Shown here: one piece after another, positions 9,781 to 19,103 of the stretch
Numbering within the stretch: position 1 is the stretch's first letter
How the letters are laid out: every line of letters begins with the position of its first letter
DNA from: Spirochaetia bacterium
Lineage (GTDB): Bacteria > Spirochaetota > Spirochaetia > SZUA-6 > Bin103
Direction: 5' to 3'
DNA: 64,000 bases
NCBI GenBank assembly: GCA_965203055.1
Contig: OZ241863.1
Location: 3,264,001-3,328,000, forward strand
Translations under genes and position numbers: made by a program
The notes under the pieces: generated by a model
Told to the model about the DNA's origin: nothing
What the model saw: only the letters and a program-made list of their open reading frames with translations
The model's database searches: none

Positions 9781-10626
9781 TCAACCCCGCCGGCGCAGGT
9801 AGACGCCGCGTCCGAGCGGCTGCGAGGAGTCGGCGATGAGCGCCGAACACTCGCGAAACGCGGCGTCCAGCGTTGCCTCGCTGGCGCGGCTGAGCGCCGG
9901 ACGTTCCCGTTCCCGCAGCGGAACGAAGAGCAGATGCTGCAGCGACGCGTTCTCCTTGAGCGACTGCAGCATGCGTCTGAGCCCCAGGCGCCGTAACATG
10001 GCCCGGGCCAGCGTCGCCGCGCTCGCCAGCAGGAGATTTCTGGCGTCTACCGGCTCATTTACGGCGCCCGTGCCGCAGCTTGCGAACGGGCCGCTGCCGC
10101 ACAGTGACGCCAGGGCGTCGAGGCAGGCTTGCGTGTTGCGCGTCAGGGCGTCGAAGTGGATGCACAGCAGGTCGGCGTCGAGGTGCAACAGGCCGCGCAC
10201 GGCGGCCGGGGTCAGGCGCTCCCGCACGATGCGCTGCTCCAGTATCCGCGGGCCCATCCATACCACCGGCCGGCCGCGGCTGCGGGCAAAGCGGATCATG
10301 GACACCGCGCGGTCGCGGTAGTCGCGCAGCAGCACGACCAGGAGGATGCGCGTACCCTTGCTGCGCAGCGCGCTCACGCCGCGGATGAGCCGCGGGTCGC
10401 GGTAGGCGAGATTGGCGATGTCGACGAGGATCCGGCCGGAACCGGCGACCGTGCGCTGGTGCAGGCGAGCGAACAGCCGCGGCGACCGATAGTAGTAGCC
10501 CTCCTTGATTTCCGGGAATACGTAGTCGGGGTGCCGCTTCAGGAGCTCGTACAGGAAGGTGCTCCCCGACCGGCCCGGGCCTACCACCAGCAGGTAGTCG
10601 TAACGACGCGGGGCAGCCGGCGGCAT
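9781..10626 (-). CDS. Sulfotransferase-like P-loop protein
   Basis: GPGRSGSTFLYELLKRHP..KEGYYY PAPS-binding-like motif; LRDYRDRAVS; adjacent to polysaccharide export gene. Confidence 0.65.
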   Translation of the reverse strand: MPPAAPRRYDYLLVVGPGRSGSTFLYELLKRHPDYVFPEIKEGYYYRSPRLFARLHQRTVAGSGRILVDIANLAYRDPRLIRGVSALRSKGTRILLVVLLRDYRDRAVSMIRFARSRGRPVVWMGPRILEQRIVRERLTPAAVRGLLHLDADLLCIHFDALTRNTQACLDALASLCGSGPFASCGTGAVNEPVDARNLLLASAATLARAMLRRLGLRRMLQSLKENASLQHLLFVPLRERERPALSRASEATLDAAFRECSALIADSSQPLGRGVYLRRRG

Positions 10627-10639
10627 GCGCTACGGTTCC

Positions 10640-13090
10640 CTACTGCGAGTCGATGGCCAGCACGAGCGCCACGAACGAAATCACGAGCGCCCCCAGCGTG
10701 GCGGCCGGGGCGATGATTTGGGAGAAGGCGAACGATTCCGCGGGCACGAAGATCTGGTCGTCCGGCGCCACCGGCGCCGACGGCTCCTTCTCCCGTCCGA
10801 GCCGGTCGGTCACGGTTGCGCGGCTCCCGTCTCCGCCTGCCGGGACCGTGCCGCCGGCCAGACGGACGTAGTAATCGGCGCTCCGCCCCGGCAGGTAGGC
10901 AAACACCCCCGGAGCCTGCACCGCGCCGGCCACCGTGACCGACAGCCGGCGCACCGGAACGACCACCTTGTCGTACGGCTGCAGCGGTATGTCGTCGTCC
11001 CGGCCGCCGGCGAACAGCAGCCGCTCCAGATCCACCGCCAGGCGCACGTCCGCACGGAGCACGTAACCCGCGCCGAGGTCGGCGTCGTGGCGAATTTCGG
11101 CGCGCAACGGAAACAGCACGTCGAACACCGTGACCCCGGGCCAGTAGGGCACCACGCGGCGGGCGGTGCCGGTCGCCCGGGTCGCGGCGACCAGCTCGCG
11201 TTCGGTCGCCGTCGCGATCTGATCGACTTCGCCGCTGGTACGGGTGGTGGTCACCGTGGTGGGCGTCGGCTGCTCCAGCGCTCCCTCCAGGTAGACGACC
11301 GGCGACGGCACGGCGCGGACCAATATGGAATCTTCATCGAGCAACGGCGGCGCGCCGCCGGCGGCGAAGTCGACGGCGATCGATTCCCGCCCGGCCCCGT
11401 CCCCGGCCGCGCTCAGCCGGCTGATCACCACCCGGGTCGGGTCGGCGGCCAGGGTGAAGCCTGCCCCGTACTGCTCGATCAGCTCCGGCAGCCCTTCGCC
11501 GGCCAGGAGCTGATACCGTCCCGGGCGGCGCACCTCGCCGGCCAGCCGCACCGCCCGCTCCCGCTCGCGGAACGTAATCGTCGCCCCCGGAGCGAGCAGG
11601 GGGTTGTGGGCGAGCTCGCCGAACCGCCGCCAGCGAAACAGATCGTAGGTCCGCCGCTGGCCGCCCGGTGACTCGACGGCGACTCGCCGGATCGACGTAT
11701 ATTGCGTGCGCACCGCCTCCACCACGTCGTTCAACCGCGTCACCGGACTCACGGTAAGCTGCCGCGCCTGCGTTACTTCGCCCCGCAGCGCCACCTCGAA
11801 GCGTTGCGCGGGAATGATGATGCGGTCCATCGGCTGCAGTCCGCGGTCGCCCGCGCGGGAGCCGCCATGCAACAGCAGCTCCAGATCGATCGGCGCGTCA
11901 GGCTCGCCGCGGCGCGCGAAGGTGGCGTTGGTCAGGTCGGCGCCGGGGACGATCGAGTCGCGAATCTTCTGCAGCGCGTCGAACAGCGTCTCCCCCGGCC
12001 GGTAGCGGTGGGCGATCCGGCCGCCGGGCGCCGGGACCGGCGCCTCGCCCTCCCCGTCACCGTCGCGCGGCGCCGCGGCGGCCACGGCTCCTTCGAAGAA
12101 CACCGCCGGCAGCAGCGCATCGCGGTTGGCGACCGTCACCACGTCGCCGTCGCGCAGCGGCGCGCGGGCCAGCTCGGCGCTCCATGCCGCGTACCGCGTC
12201 GCGCCGCGTTCGGCGGCCGGGGCGGAGCTCGCCGCCGGCAGCGGCATTCCGTCGCAATCGAGGAGCGCGGCCGCCCCCGCCGCGCGCCCGCCGGCGTCCT
12301 CCGCGGCGGGCGCCGGCGCGCTGCCGAGACTCTCGAGGCGCACCCGTTCCAGGTCGGCGCGCGGGGTAAAGCCGTCGGCGAAGGCGACCAGCTCAGCCAG
12401 GCCCTCGCCGGCCGCGAGCTGGTAGCTGCCCGGACGCCACACCTGGCCGCCTATGGTCACCTCGCGTTCGCGGCGGCTCACGCAGATGCGGTCGCCCGGC
12501 AGCAGGTAGGGGTCTTGCGACCGGATGCCGAACCGCTGCGCCCGGAACAGATCGTACACCTGCGCTTCGGCGCCGCGTTCGATGCGCACGTCGCGCAGCG
12601 AGGCGTGGGCCGTGAGTCGGCCGGCCACGATCTCGCTCAGCCGGCCCAACCCCCAGGTGGCGGCGTAACCGGCCGTCTCCACCGCGCCGCGCAGATGCAC
12701 CTCGAAGGTGCCGACGCCGGTAAGGTGGAGCGCCGGATTGCTGCCGGGGTAGGCCTCCGCGACCAGCGCCGCGATCCGCCGCCGGAAGTCATTGAGGTTC
12801 AGGCCGCGCGCATCCAGCACGCCGAATGCGCCGAGATCCACGCTGTAGTCGCTGGCGACGACGACCAGTTCGCTGAGACGGGTCACCGCGTCGACCCGCG
12901 CCGCGGTGGCCGGCAGGAACGCCAGCTCGTAGGTATCGCCGGGCGTCACCGGGTAGTCCGCCGCCGCCAGCGCCAGCGACAGTTGCTCCTGCGCCGCGGC
13001 CGGCGCCAGCGCCGCCGCGCAGAGGAGGGCGGCCAGCGTGTACCCCACCCGGCGGGGGCGGACCGCCCTGCGGATGCCGCCGGTCATCAT
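10640..13090 (-). CDS. SLBB-repeat polysaccharide export protein (Wza/KpsD-like)
   Basis: Signal peptide; DYPVTPGD; repeated GQV/GEV/GAV..PG SLBB motifs; C-terminal hydrophobic helix. Confidence 0.8.
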   Translation of the reverse strand: MMTGGIRRAVRPRRVGYTLAALLCAAALAPAAAQEQLSLALAAADYPVTPGDTYELAFLPATAARVDAVTRLSELVVVASDYSVDLGAFGVLDARGLNLNDFRRRIAALVAEAYPGSNPALHLTGVGTFEVHLRGAVETAGYAATWGLGRLSEIVAGRLTAHASLRDVRIERGAEAQVYDLFRAQRFGIRSQDPYLLPGDRICVSRREREVTIGGQVWRPGSYQLAAGEGLAELVAFADGFTPRADLERVRLESLGSAPAPAAEDAGGRAAGAAALLDCDGMPLPAASSAPAAERGATRYAAWSAELARAPLRDGDVVTVANRDALLPAVFFEGAVAAAAPRDGDGEGEAPVPAPGGRIAHRYRPGETLFDALQKIRDSIVPGADLTNATFARRGEPDAPIDLELLLHGGSRAGDRGLQPMDRIIIPAQRFEVALRGEVTQARQLTVSPVTRLNDVVEAVRTQYTSIRRVAVESPGGQRRTYDLFRWRRFGELAHNPLLAPGATITFRERERAVRLAGEVRRPGRYQLLAGEGLPELIEQYGAGFTLAADPTRVVISRLSAAGDGAGRESIAVDFAAGGAPPLLDEDSILVRAVPSPVVYLEGALEQPTPTTVTTTRTSGEVDQIATATERELVAATRATGTARRVVPYWPGVTVFDVLFPLRAEIRHDADLGAGYVLRADVRLAVDLERLLFAGGRDDDIPLQPYDKVVVPVRRLSVTVAGAVQAPGVFAYLPGRSADYYVRLAGGTVPAGGDGSRATVTDRLGREKEPSAPVAPDDQIFVPAESFAFSQIIAPAATLGALVISFVALVLAIDSQ

Positions 13091-13114
13091 CGCCCGAAAC
13101 CCTTTGGACTTGAG

Positions 13115-14035
13115 CTACCGCGGCGCGGGGGCGGCGCGTTCACCGGCCGCGTCGAGCCGGCGCTTTGCCTCGGCGTAGACCTCCGGCGGCAGCGGGCCGC
13201 GCCGAACCGCGGCCAGGTTCTCCTGCAGGTGTCCGGACCGCGTGGTGCCCACGATGGTGGTATGGACGAACGGATGGGTCAGGGTGTAGCGCAGCACGAA
13301 CGCCGAGCGGCTCTCGCCGTCGTCGCGCAGCTCGTCGAGCCCGGCGCGGGCGAAGGTCTCCCAGCGGTCCGCGCCGCCGCGCCCGCTGCCGGGTTCGCCC
13401 TGCGCCACGCCGCCGCGGATGATGATCCCGACCCCGGCCTGCGCGGCGCGCGTGATCCACTCCTCGTGCCGCCGCTCCAGGGCGGAGTAGGGGATCTGCA
13501 TCACGTCGAACACCCCCCAGTCCAGGTAGACGGGCAGGTGCGGCAGGGTACTGGAGACGCCGATGAAGCGCACCTTGCCGCTACGCTTCATCTCCCGGAG
13601 CGCCGCCACCAGGCCGCCCGCTTCGCACTCCGCCACGGTCGGGTTGTGGAGCTGCATCACCTCGATGCTGTCGCGCCCGAGGCGCGCGAGGCTGCCCTCC
13701 AGGCCGCGCCACAGGTTGTCCCGGGTCCACAGGTGGTCGGAGTTGTTCTCCTGCGGGCGGGTGTCGGTGCAGCCGCACTTGGTGGCCAGGTGGAATTCGC
13801 CGTAGCGATGGCCGAGGGAGGCGGCGATGCGGCGCTCGGCGTCGACGTAGTCGTAGGCGGTGTCGAGGAAGTTGATGCCGGAGTCCAACACCTCATTGAG
13901 CAACCGATCCGCGGTCTGATCGGTCCAGTGTTCCTTGGCGGGATGATACAGCGCCGTGCCGAAGCCGAGCCGGGTCACCTGCAGGCCGGTGTTGCCGAGC
14001 ACGGCGGTGGGAAGAGCGGTCGCAAGATCTGCCAT
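13115..14035 (-). CDS. Aldo/keto reductase
   Basis: LGNTGLQVTRLGFG, GINFLDTAYDY, LATKCG, GKVRFIGVS, TTIVGT..HLQEN. Confidence 0.9.
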   Translation of the reverse strand: MADLATALPTAVLGNTGLQVTRLGFGTALYHPAKEHWTDQTADRLLNEVLDSGINFLDTAYDYVDAERRIAASLGHRYGEFHLATKCGCTDTRPQENNSDHLWTRDNLWRGLEGSLARLGRDSIEVMQLHNPTVAECEAGGLVAALREMKRSGKVRFIGVSSTLPHLPVYLDWGVFDVMQIPYSALERRHEEWITRAAQAGVGIIIRGGVAQGEPGSGRGGADRWETFARAGLDELRDDGESRSAFVLRYTLTHPFVHTTIVGTTRSGHLQENLAAVRRGPLPPEVYAEAKRRLDAAGERAAPAPR

Positions 14036-14128
14036 GGCGCCCATGATACGGTATCTGAGGCCCGCCCGGCGAGCCGTTGCTTGCCTCACCGAAAATCCAC
14101 TCGAGGGGTAAGAGGTGCCTCATCCAAG

Positions 14129-15082
14129 TTAGCGGGGCGCGGCCCGCTCCGCGCCGTTGGCCGAGTCGCGTTTGAAGGCGCGGTAGGTCTGCTCGTCGAT
14201 GCCGGTGGCGGACCGGATCACCGGCCACCCGATTCCCGCCCGCAGGAACCCTTCAATGGTCTCCAGCCTGCCCTTAAGCTCACCCTCTTGCCGGCCTTGT
14301 TGCTTGATCTCCTCGACGTAATTCATGATGTCTCCCTCCGGTCCCGGTATCTGCCGCTGCAGTTCCTTGGCAAATCGCCCCCGCAACGGTTCCCTTTGGG
14401 TCGCCAGCACGTACCACACGAACATGCTCTGCTCCCCACCCCCGCGGCGCGCCAGTTCCGCCAGCAGCGGCAGCGCTCGCTCCAACGCCGGCCATGCCAC
14501 CGCCGCACGGTATACCGCCAGCATCATCAGCTGCGCCAGCCGCCCCTTCATCATGCCACGCACCCCCTCCGGCGGGGTCTCCGAATGGTCGATCAGCACG
14601 TGCTCGAAGCTCGGCAGCCACCGCCACCCACGCACCTCACGCGGGAACAACTCCGAAAACTCGGTCGCGTAGCGCCAGCGTCCGCTTCCCAGATAGAACA
14701 CCATCGGCACGATCGGGCGCAACTCCGTCTCCGCAGGATAGCGCCGCCGGTCCCGGTCCCAGATACGGCAGCAGTACTGCAACAGCCGCAGGCGCATCCA
14801 GCGGTCACGGTTCCGCACCGTGGACTGATGCTCCAGCAGCACGTACAGCCAGGCCGGCGCGCCGCCCGCGCGGCGCCGGATGGAGTACAGCAGATCGGAC
14901 TCGGTGGCGCGCAGGTCCGGGGCGATGAAGGAGCTGTTCTCGGCGGCCAGGGTGGACCACTGCAGGCCGTTGGCGATGGCCGGCGGCAGATGCGCGCGCA
15001 GCAGACCGACCGCTTCGGCGGGTTCGCCGAACACGGCGCGGAACAGGTTGTCGTGCGGCTGCGCCAAGTCGTCGTTCGCCAT
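14129..15082 (-). CDS. Rpn/YhgA-like PD-(D/E)XK nuclease (Transposase_31)
   Basis: PHDNLFRAVF, SDLLYS, YVLLEHQST, RLLQYCCRIW, PIVPMVFY, C-terminal GRQEG repeat. Confidence 0.9.
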   Translation of the reverse strand: MANDDLAQPHDNLFRAVFGEPAEAVGLLRAHLPPAIANGLQWSTLAAENSSFIAPDLRATESDLLYSIRRRAGGAPAWLYVLLEHQSTVRNRDRWMRLRLLQYCCRIWDRDRRRYPAETELRPIVPMVFYLGSGRWRYATEFSELFPREVRGWRWLPSFEHVLIDHSETPPEGVRGMMKGRLAQLMMLAVYRAAVAWPALERALPLLAELARRGGGEQSMFVWYVLATQREPLRGRFAKELQRQIPGPEGDIMNYVEEIKQQGRQEGELKGRLETIEGFLRAGIGWPVIRSATGIDEQTYRAFKRDSANGAERAAPR

Positions 15083-15169
15083 GCTTCAGACCGGTTCCCC
15101 GCTGCCCGCGGGGCGCGGCCTGCGCCGTGCCCGGGGAGCAATCGCGTCCGAGACGCCGCGGCGGTGCGA

Positions 15170-15271
15170 GTCCCGCGGGCCGGCGCGGACGCCGGCGGTG
15201 GCCGCCGCGAGACCGGTAAACACCAAGCGGATCAGATAATCGTGGTGGGGCTGACACAGGAGCGGTATCAT
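15170..15271 (-). pseudogene. Degenerate Rpn N-terminal fragment with the conserved Rpn upstream leader
   Basis: MIPLLCQPHHDYLIRLVFTG resembles MASTLHQPHDHLFRLVFAD of 41385; upstream GACGCCGCGCCGT...CAGAGA leader shared. Confidence 0.6.
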
Positions 15272-15376
15272 CTCTCTGACTGTTACTACGGCGCGGCGTC
15301 CGCGCCGCTTTTCTGTTCGGCGAACTCGTGGAAGGAAAATCGCACGCCTGCGGCGGCAGGCAGGAGGGGACTTCGG

Positions 15377-17728
15377 TCACTCTCCCCCGCCTACCTGCAC
15401 CCGAAGCTGCTGGCCGGCCAGGGTCTGGCGCGCCCAGAACAGGTTCTGGCTCGCGTCGTTGCCGCCCGCCGCCAGGATGGCGGTGCCGGTCGCGGTGGTG
15501 CCGCCGCTCGGCGCCGCCGTAAAGGTCACGCTCGGGGCGGTCACGTAGCCGCTCCCCCCGTTGGTGACCTCCACGGACCGGATGACGTATTCATAGACCG
15601 CGGTGCCGACCGCCGTGGTGCCGCCGGTCGGCGCCGCCGTAAAGGTCACGGTCGGGGCCGAGGTGTAGCCGCTGCCGGGGTTGGTGACCGTCGCCGTCGG
15701 GACGGCGTAGGCCATCACCGCGCTGGCGGTCGCCCCGCTGCCGCCGCCGCCCGAAAAGGAGACGGTCGGGGCCGAGGTGTAGCCGCTGCCCGCGGTGCCG
15801 GGCGTCACCGAGCCGACCCCGTAGTTCATCACCGCGGTGCCGGTCGCCGCGGTGCCGGACGACGGCGTCGAAAAGGTCACGGTGGGGGCCGAGGTGTAGC
15901 CGCTCCCCCGGTTGGTGACCGTCACCTCATCTGCCTCGACGAGTACGCTCGCGGTGGCGGTCGCCCCGCTGCCGCCGCCGCCGGTAAGGGAGACGGTGGG
16001 GGCCGAGGTGTAGCCGCTGCCGCCGTTGGTGACGTCAACCCCGGTGATGGTGCTGCCCATCACCGCGCGGTAGCCGGCCCCGCTGCCGCCGCCGCCGGTA
16101 AAGGTGATCGTAGGGGCGGACGTGTAGCCGCTCCCCGCGTTGGTAATGATGACTCCTCGAATGTTGGGGAACATGTTCGCGGTGGCGGTCGCGCCGCTGC
16201 CGCCGCCGCCCGAAATGGTGATCGTGGGGGGCGAGGTGTAGCCGCGCCCCCGTGAGGCCCAGGTTGCCGCGCCCAACAGGATGCGGTTGAACCGCCCGTC
16301 GGATAACGTCGTCCCGGTGCCGGTTGTCGTGGTGCCGCCGGCCGGCGCCGCCGAGAAGGTCACGGTGGGGGCGGACGTGTAGCCGGTTCCCCGGTTGGTG
16401 ATCGTCGTCGACTGGACGGAATCGGGTCCCCACGCGACGCCGGTCGCCCTCGTGCCGCCGGCCGGCGGCGCCGAGAAGGTCGCGGTCGGGACCGAGGTGT
16501 AGCCGCTCCCGTACTGATTGCCGATCCTCGTCACGGAAGCGACGTTGCCGCTGACGGCCGCGGTGGCGGTCGCGCCGCTGCCGCCGCCGCCGGAGAAGGA
16601 GACGGTGGGGGGCGAGGTGTAGCTGCTGCCGGAGTTCCCGACCGTCACCGAAGTGACCCTCCCTCTTGTCGTCGCAGTGGCGGCCGCGCCGCTGCCGCCG
16701 CCGCCGGAAAAGGAGACCGTGGGCGCCCCCGTATAGCCCGCTCCCCGGGTATCGAGCGTCACCGAATCGACGCTGCCGCTGATCGCCGCGGTGCCGGCCG
16801 CGTCGGTGCCGCCGGACGGCGCCGCCGAGAAGGAGACGGTGGGCGCCGACGTGTAGCCGCTGCCGGGGGTATCGACCGTCACCGAGGTGACGCTGCCGCT
16901 GACATCCGCGGTGGCAGCCGCGCCGCTGCCGCCACCGCCGGAAAAGGAGACGGTGGGAGGCGAGGTGTAGCCGGCGCCGGCGGTCGTGACGTTCACCGAA
17001 CCAACGCCGCCGCCGCCGCCGCCCGCTACCGCGGCGATTGCCCGGGTGCCGCCGGCCGGCGGCGCCGACAACGTCACAGTGGGCGCCGCGAGATAGCCGC
17101 TGCCCCGCTCGGTAATCGTGACCGACTCGACGGTGTCCGAGGCGCCCGACTGATCCGGGGCGGTGAGCACCAGCACGATCGCGCCCGCGCTCACTTCGGC
17201 GTCAATAGTCCACTGCGCGCCGCTGAGGTCGCCCGCGAAGGCCGGCGCCGTCGCCGTGCTCGTGAACGGCAGCTCGTTGCCGCCGATCGACACGCTCACC
17301 GTTTCGCCCTCGGCGCCGGTGAGCCCGTCCCAGGCGAACGGCTCGGAGCGGATCGTCAAGGCGCTCGGGTCCGCTGCGGCTGGCAGCGGCAGCGCCGACG
17401 ACCAGGCGTCCTCCCCAAGGGCCCAGCTCTTCGTGGCCGGAGTCGGCGCCGCCGGAGTCGGCGCCGGCGTGGTCGGCGACCCGCCGGCGCCAGTGCCTCC
17501 TCCTCCGTTTCCGCTCGCACCGCCGCCGGCTCCGCCGGTCGCTGCCGGCCGGGCCGCCTGCTGGCACGCCAGCAGGGCAATGCCGATGACCGCCGCCAGC
17601 GCCAGAAGCGCGGCCTTGCAGATATTCCCTTTGACCTTCGCCGGCGGAAGCTGCCGAAGTCGGCCCGATTCTTTCGGTTTATGGGGGGGGGGGGGGGTAA
17701 GCGCTAGCTTGTCGTTGTTGCCGGTCAC
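15377..17728 (-). CDS. Surface lipoprotein with ~14 GSGYTSAPTV-type repeats
   Basis: GGAGG-7nt-GTG start at 17728; lipobox-like LLAC after hydrophobic stretch; ~40 aa tandem repeats G(S/A)GYT.(A/P)PTV(S/T)F(S/T)GGGGSGA.A.A. Confidence 0.75.
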   Translation of the reverse strand: MTGNNDKLALTPPPPHKPKESGRLRQLPPAKVKGNICKAALLALAAVIGIALLACQQAARPAATGGAGGGASGNGGGGTGAGGSPTTPAPTPAAPTPATKSWALGEDAWSSALPLPAAADPSALTIRSEPFAWDGLTGAEGETVSVSIGGNELPFTSTATAPAFAGDLSGAQWTIDAEVSAGAIVLVLTAPDQSGASDTVESVTITERGSGYLAAPTVTLSAPPAGGTRAIAAVAGGGGGGVGSVNVTTAGAGYTSPPTVSFSGGGGSGAAATADVSGSVTSVTVDTPGSGYTSAPTVSFSAAPSGGTDAAGTAAISGSVDSVTLDTRGAGYTGAPTVSFSGGGGSGAAATATTRGRVTSVTVGNSGSSYTSPPTVSFSGGGGSGATATAAVSGNVASVTRIGNQYGSGYTSVPTATFSAPPAGGTRATGVAWGPDSVQSTTITNRGTGYTSAPTVTFSAAPAGGTTTTGTGTTLSDGRFNRILLGAATWASRGRGYTSPPTITISGGGGSGATATANMFPNIRGVIITNAGSGYTSAPTITFTGGGGSGAGYRAVMGSTITGVDVTNGGSGYTSAPTVSLTGGGGSGATATASVLVEADEVTVTNRGSGYTSAPTVTFSTPSSGTAATGTAVMNYGVGSVTPGTAGSGYTSAPTVSFSGGGGSGATASAVMAYAVPTATVTNPGSGYTSAPTVTFTAAPTGGTTAVGTAVYEYVIRSVEVTNGGSGYVTAPSVTFTAAPSGGTTATGTAILAAGGNDASQNLFWARQTLAGQQLRVQVGGGE
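17683..17697 (-). repeat. Poly-C(15) tract on the coding strand near the lipoprotein N-terminus
   Basis: 15 consecutive G on + strand, about 10 codons after the GTG start. Confidence 0.9.
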
Positions 17729-18083
17729 TTGAAGTCCTCCGAAACTGAGACAGACGCGGCGGAGGAGGCCCGGCCAACGCCCGCGAGATGGCAAATCAGC
17801 AGCAAAGGCTGGACTCGTCGTTCCGCAGGTACCCTGCCGCGCTTCCCGCAAACGCGCGCCAGCCAGCGGAACGCATGCATTTCAGTATCGGCGTCCGTCG
17901 AATCGGTGTCAACGCAAGGTGCGAACGCCCCGAACGCCCTCCCTTCAGGTGGATTCTTGAATGAAGCACCGCTTCCGCTTCGAGTGGATTCTCAGGTGAG
18001 GCAATACGACCGCTGCGAGGGCGGGCTCCGGCGCCGCGCGAGCTATCGCCGGCCGCCGCTCCGATGCTATCCTGGGCGGTGTT

Positions 18084-19100
18084 ATGGCACACGACGTGAA
18101 CCGTGCGTGGACGCTGGCGGCGCGGCCGCACGGCGTTCCCAAGCTCTCCGACTTCGCCTTGACCGAGACCGCGGTGCCCGAACCGGGACCCGGCGAGGTG
18201 TTGATCGCCACTCACTATCATTCCCTCGATCCCTACATGCGCGGGCGCATGAACGCTCCCGGCGGCGCCAGCTACGCGGCCGCGGTGCCGGTCGGCGGGG
18301 TGCTGGAAGGCGATGCCGTGGGCGAGGTGGTGGTTTCCAACTCCGAGCGGTTCGCGCCCGGCGACTTCGCCATGGGCAGGATCGGCTGGCAGGAGTATGG
18401 GGTGATGGACGCCCGCGACGTGCGCAAGATCGACCCGGACGCGGCGCCGATCTCCACCTCGCTGGGGGTTCTCGGCATGCCGGGGCTGACCGCCTACCAC
18501 GGGCTGTTCCGGGTGGCCAAGCCGGTGGCCGGCGACACGGTGGTGGTCACCGCGGCCTCCGGCGCGGTGGGCGCGGTGGTCGGCCAGCTCGCCAAGCGCA
18601 GCGGCTGCCGGGTAATCGGCGTCGCCGGTTCGCCCGAGAAGGTGGCCTACGTCACCGGCGAGCTGGGGTTCGACGCCGCCATCGACTACAAGCGGGAGGA
18701 GGTCGCGGCCCGGTTGCGCGCGCTGTGCCCGCGCGGCATCGACGTGTATTGGGACAACGTGGGCGGGCCGGTGACCGACGCCGCCATCGATCAGCTCGCG
18801 GTGTCCGGGCGGGCGGTGATCTGCGGCCAGATCGCCTTCTACAATGCCACCTCGCCGCCGCAGGGGCCGCGCAACATCCCGCGCATGCTGCTGACCCGGC
18901 GGGCGCGGATGGAGGGCTTCCTGGTGTTCCAGTTCGCCGACCGGCATGCGGAGGCGCTGGCGCGGCTCGGCGGTTGGGTGCGCGGCGGCGCGCTGAAGTA
19001 CCGCGAGGACGTGGTCGAGGGAATCGAAAACTCGCCGCAGGCGTTCATCGGCCTGCTGGCCGGCGCCAACTTCGGCAAACTCGTCGTCAAGGTGCGATAA
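18084..19100 (+). CDS. NADP-dependent oxidoreductase (CurA/prostaglandin reductase-like MDR)
   Basis: SLDPYMRGRM, LGMPGLTAY, AASGAVG, GIDVYWDNVGG, ANFGKLVV. Confidence 0.92.
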   Translation: MAHDVNRAWTLAARPHGVPKLSDFALTETAVPEPGPGEVLIATHYHSLDPYMRGRMNAPGGASYAAAVPVGGVLEGDAVGEVVVSNSERFAPGDFAMGRIGWQEYGVMDARDVRKIDPDAAPISTSLGVLGMPGLTAYHGLFRVAKPVAGDTVVVTAASGAVGAVVGQLAKRSGCRVIGVAGSPEKVAYVTGELGFDAAIDYKREEVAARLRALCPRGIDVYWDNVGGPVTDAAIDQLAVSGRAVICGQIAFYNATSPPQGPRNIPRMLLTRRARMEGFLVFQFADRHAEALARLGGWVRGGALKYREDVVEGIENSPQAFIGLLAGANFGKLVVKVR

Positions 19101-19103
19101 GCG

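Noticed and set aside
11702..16255. 1517 aa plus-strand ORF and similar long ORFs (37148-39940, 49064-51937, 17796-20570, 51925-54501)
   Set aside because: Antisense or off-frame shadows of recognisable genes in high-GC DNA; Arg/Ala/Gly-rich with no motifs
15400..17100. Regular DNA repeats as a CRISPR array
   Set aside because: They are degenerate, codon-phased protein repeats within one ORF; no cas genes
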